Positions 16,634 through 17,735 of a stretch of 17,735 bases of DNA are shown here, in pieces (the stretch's first letter is position 1; every line of letters starts with the position of its first letter). The notes beneath the pieces are model-generated. The model was not told the DNA's origin. It did not search any database and was given only the letters and a program-made list of their open reading frames with translations. The stretch covers positions 1-17,735 of the forward strand of contig JANMQY010000116.1 of the NCBI GenBank assembly GCA_031370785.1, in the 5' to 3' direction. A program made the translations under genes and the position numbers. Source of the stretch: Candidatus Eiseniibacteriota bacterium (GTDB lineage: Bacteria > Eisenbacteria > RBG-16-71-46).

Positions 16634-17677
16634 ATGACTCGAAGCATGAATCTCATGACCGCGGCCGGAGCGTGCGCCGTTGCGCTTGCGCTGGCCGCCG
16701 CATCGACCGGGGCAGCGCCGTCCAAGAGCGCGGCCCCAGGCAAGAGTGCCGCGCCGCCCACGCATAAGTCGGCGAGCGCAAGCTCCGCGGCCGGCGCGTC
16801 CGCCACGGCGACTTCCGACACCAACCTCGTGCTTCACGGCGGGCAGGAAGGGACCGCGTTCCGCAGCCTGACCATCGAGGGCGAGGACCGCGTGCACTAC
16901 GAGTTCCCGCGGCCCGTGCTGGATGTCGACCTCGATCCCGAGAAGGCGCCGGGGCTCGACCGCGGCACCGCGGCCGACGTGCTCGATCGCAATCCTCCGG
17001 ACATCACGACCGTGCTGGTTCAGCAGTCCGCGACCGATGCGTCGCCTTATCTCGCGCAGCCCTGGCTGCACGAGTTTGCGACCGGCGCAGTGGCTCGCTT
17101 CCGTCCGACCGTCGATGAAGTCGAGAGCTGGAAGCTGACCGTGGTCAACGCCAAAGGCGAGCCGGTCGCCGCGTTCCAGGGCCACGGCAAGCCGCCCGCC
17201 GAGATCGCATGGGACGGCCGCGCCTCTTCGGGTGCGCCGGTGACCCCGGGCATCACTTACTCCTATGTATTCGAAGCTCGCGACCGCGCCGGCAACAAGC
17301 GCAACTTCGTCGGCGAAGGATTCCGCGTCGCCGCCTATCACCTGGAGACGCCGGCCGGCCCCGTGCTCGCCTTCACGGGCGCTGACCTCGCGAGCGGCGC
17401 GGCCGCCGCGCGCGGCCCGGGCGGTACGAGCGACGCCATTGCGCCCCCCGTGGTGCGCGAAGCCGCGCAGTGGATCAACCAGGCGCCGTCGGTGCGCACG
17501 CCGCTCAAGCTGACCGTGACCGCGCGCTCGCGCGATCAGGCGACGTCGCTCGCCGCGTACCTCGCGCGCACACTCACGCCCCTCGTGATCGGCGATCCCG
17601 CGCGACTGCGCATGACCGCCAGTGTCGAAGCCGACGCACCGGAATCGGGCACCATTCGCATCGAGCCCACGCACTGA
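16634..17677 (+). CDS. Exported hypothetical protein with FlgD-Ig-like (WDG) domain and possible degenerate OmpA-like C-terminus (347 aa)
   Basis: SD AAGGAG (16621-16626) is best spaced for ATG 16634, with ATG 16628 as an alternative. Hydrophobic signal, Ser/Ala linker, then ESWKLTVVNAKGEPVAAFQGHGKPPAEIAWDGRASSGAPVTPGITYSYVFEARDRAGN, colinear with the barrel's C-terminal domain. Confidence 0.8.
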   Translation: MTRSMNLMTAAGACAVALALAAASTGAAPSKSAAPGKSAAPPTHKSASASSAAGASATATSDTNLVLHGGQEGTAFRSLTIEGEDRVHYEFPRPVLDVDLDPEKAPGLDRGTAADVLDRNPPDITTVLVQQSATDASPYLAQPWLHEFATGAVARFRPTVDEVESWKLTVVNAKGEPVAAFQGHGKPPAEIAWDGRASSGAPVTPGITYSYVFEARDRAGNKRNFVGEGFRVAAYHLETPAGPVLAFTGADLASGAAAARGPGGTSDAIAPPVVREAAQWINQAPSVRTPLKLTVTARSRDQATSLAAYLARTLTPLVIGDPARLRMTASVEADAPESGTIRIEPTH

Positions 17678-17691
17678 CATCGGTGCCCGAG

Positions 17692-17730
17692 CACACGGCC
17701 CGCCCTGGAAAGGGGCGGGCCGTTGTGTTT
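17692..17730 (+). terminator. Rho-independent terminator closing the envelope operon
   Basis: ACGGCCCGCCC (17695-17705) pairs with GGGCGGGCCGT (17713-17723), plus a U-G pair and a GGAAA loop. Followed by U-rich TGTGTTT, starting about 15 nt after the last stop. Confidence 0.85.
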
Positions 17731-17735
17731 GGTGG

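Noticed and set aside
16634..16680. Lipoprotein signal (AGAC) in the last gene
   Set aside because: The Cys precedes most of the hydrophobic stretch and the -3 residue is not L/V/I, so a standard SPase I signal is more likely.
84..17680. Long alternative-frame and antisense ORFs (e.g. 84-1277 +, 3275-4279 -, 7055-8887 -, 9658-11097 -, 11800-14082 -, 16607-17680 -)
   Set aside because: They are Arg/Ala/Gly-rich shadow ORFs expected from high-GC codon bias, overlap well-supported genes and carry no recognisable motifs.
1..17735. CRISPR arrays, tRNA/rRNA genes, IS elements or integrases
   Set aside because: No regularly spaced DNA repeats, RNA-gene signatures, transposase or recombinase motifs were seen. 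The repeats found are protein-level only.

Overview
GC-rich bacterial window with three blocks after a low-complexity, probably artefactual first ~230 bp. (1) A three-subunit NAD(P)+ transhydrogenase operon (pntAa-pntAb-pntB, minus strand) is transcribed divergently from a type II, probably NADP-dependent, isocitrate dehydrogenase. (2) Two tandem paralogous class I SAM methyltransferases follow icd. (3) An apparently complete 8-gene, ~11 kb plus-strand envelope operon (6650-17677) ends in an intrinsic terminator. It encodes a ~1000 aa secreted Ig-repeat protein with a T9SS-type-A-like/FlgD-Ig C-terminal domain, a PorV/PorQ-like barrel fused to a second WDG-type Ig domain, a ~1040 aa periplasmic TPR protein, ExbB/TolQ, two ExbD/TolR, a TonB-C protein, and an exported protein with a third WDG-type Ig domain. 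The operon has no TonB-dependent receptor, no TolB/Pal and no T9SS PorK/L/M/N or SprA. It therefore pairs T9SS-like cargo and shuttle parts with an ExbB-ExbD-ExbD-TonB motor, reminiscent of the myxobacterial AglRQS/Glt layout. This is the best candidate for an undescribed system. All family calls come from motif recognition by eye, not database searches. An FCB-group candidate phylum (e.g. Eisenbacteria-like) is an inference only.
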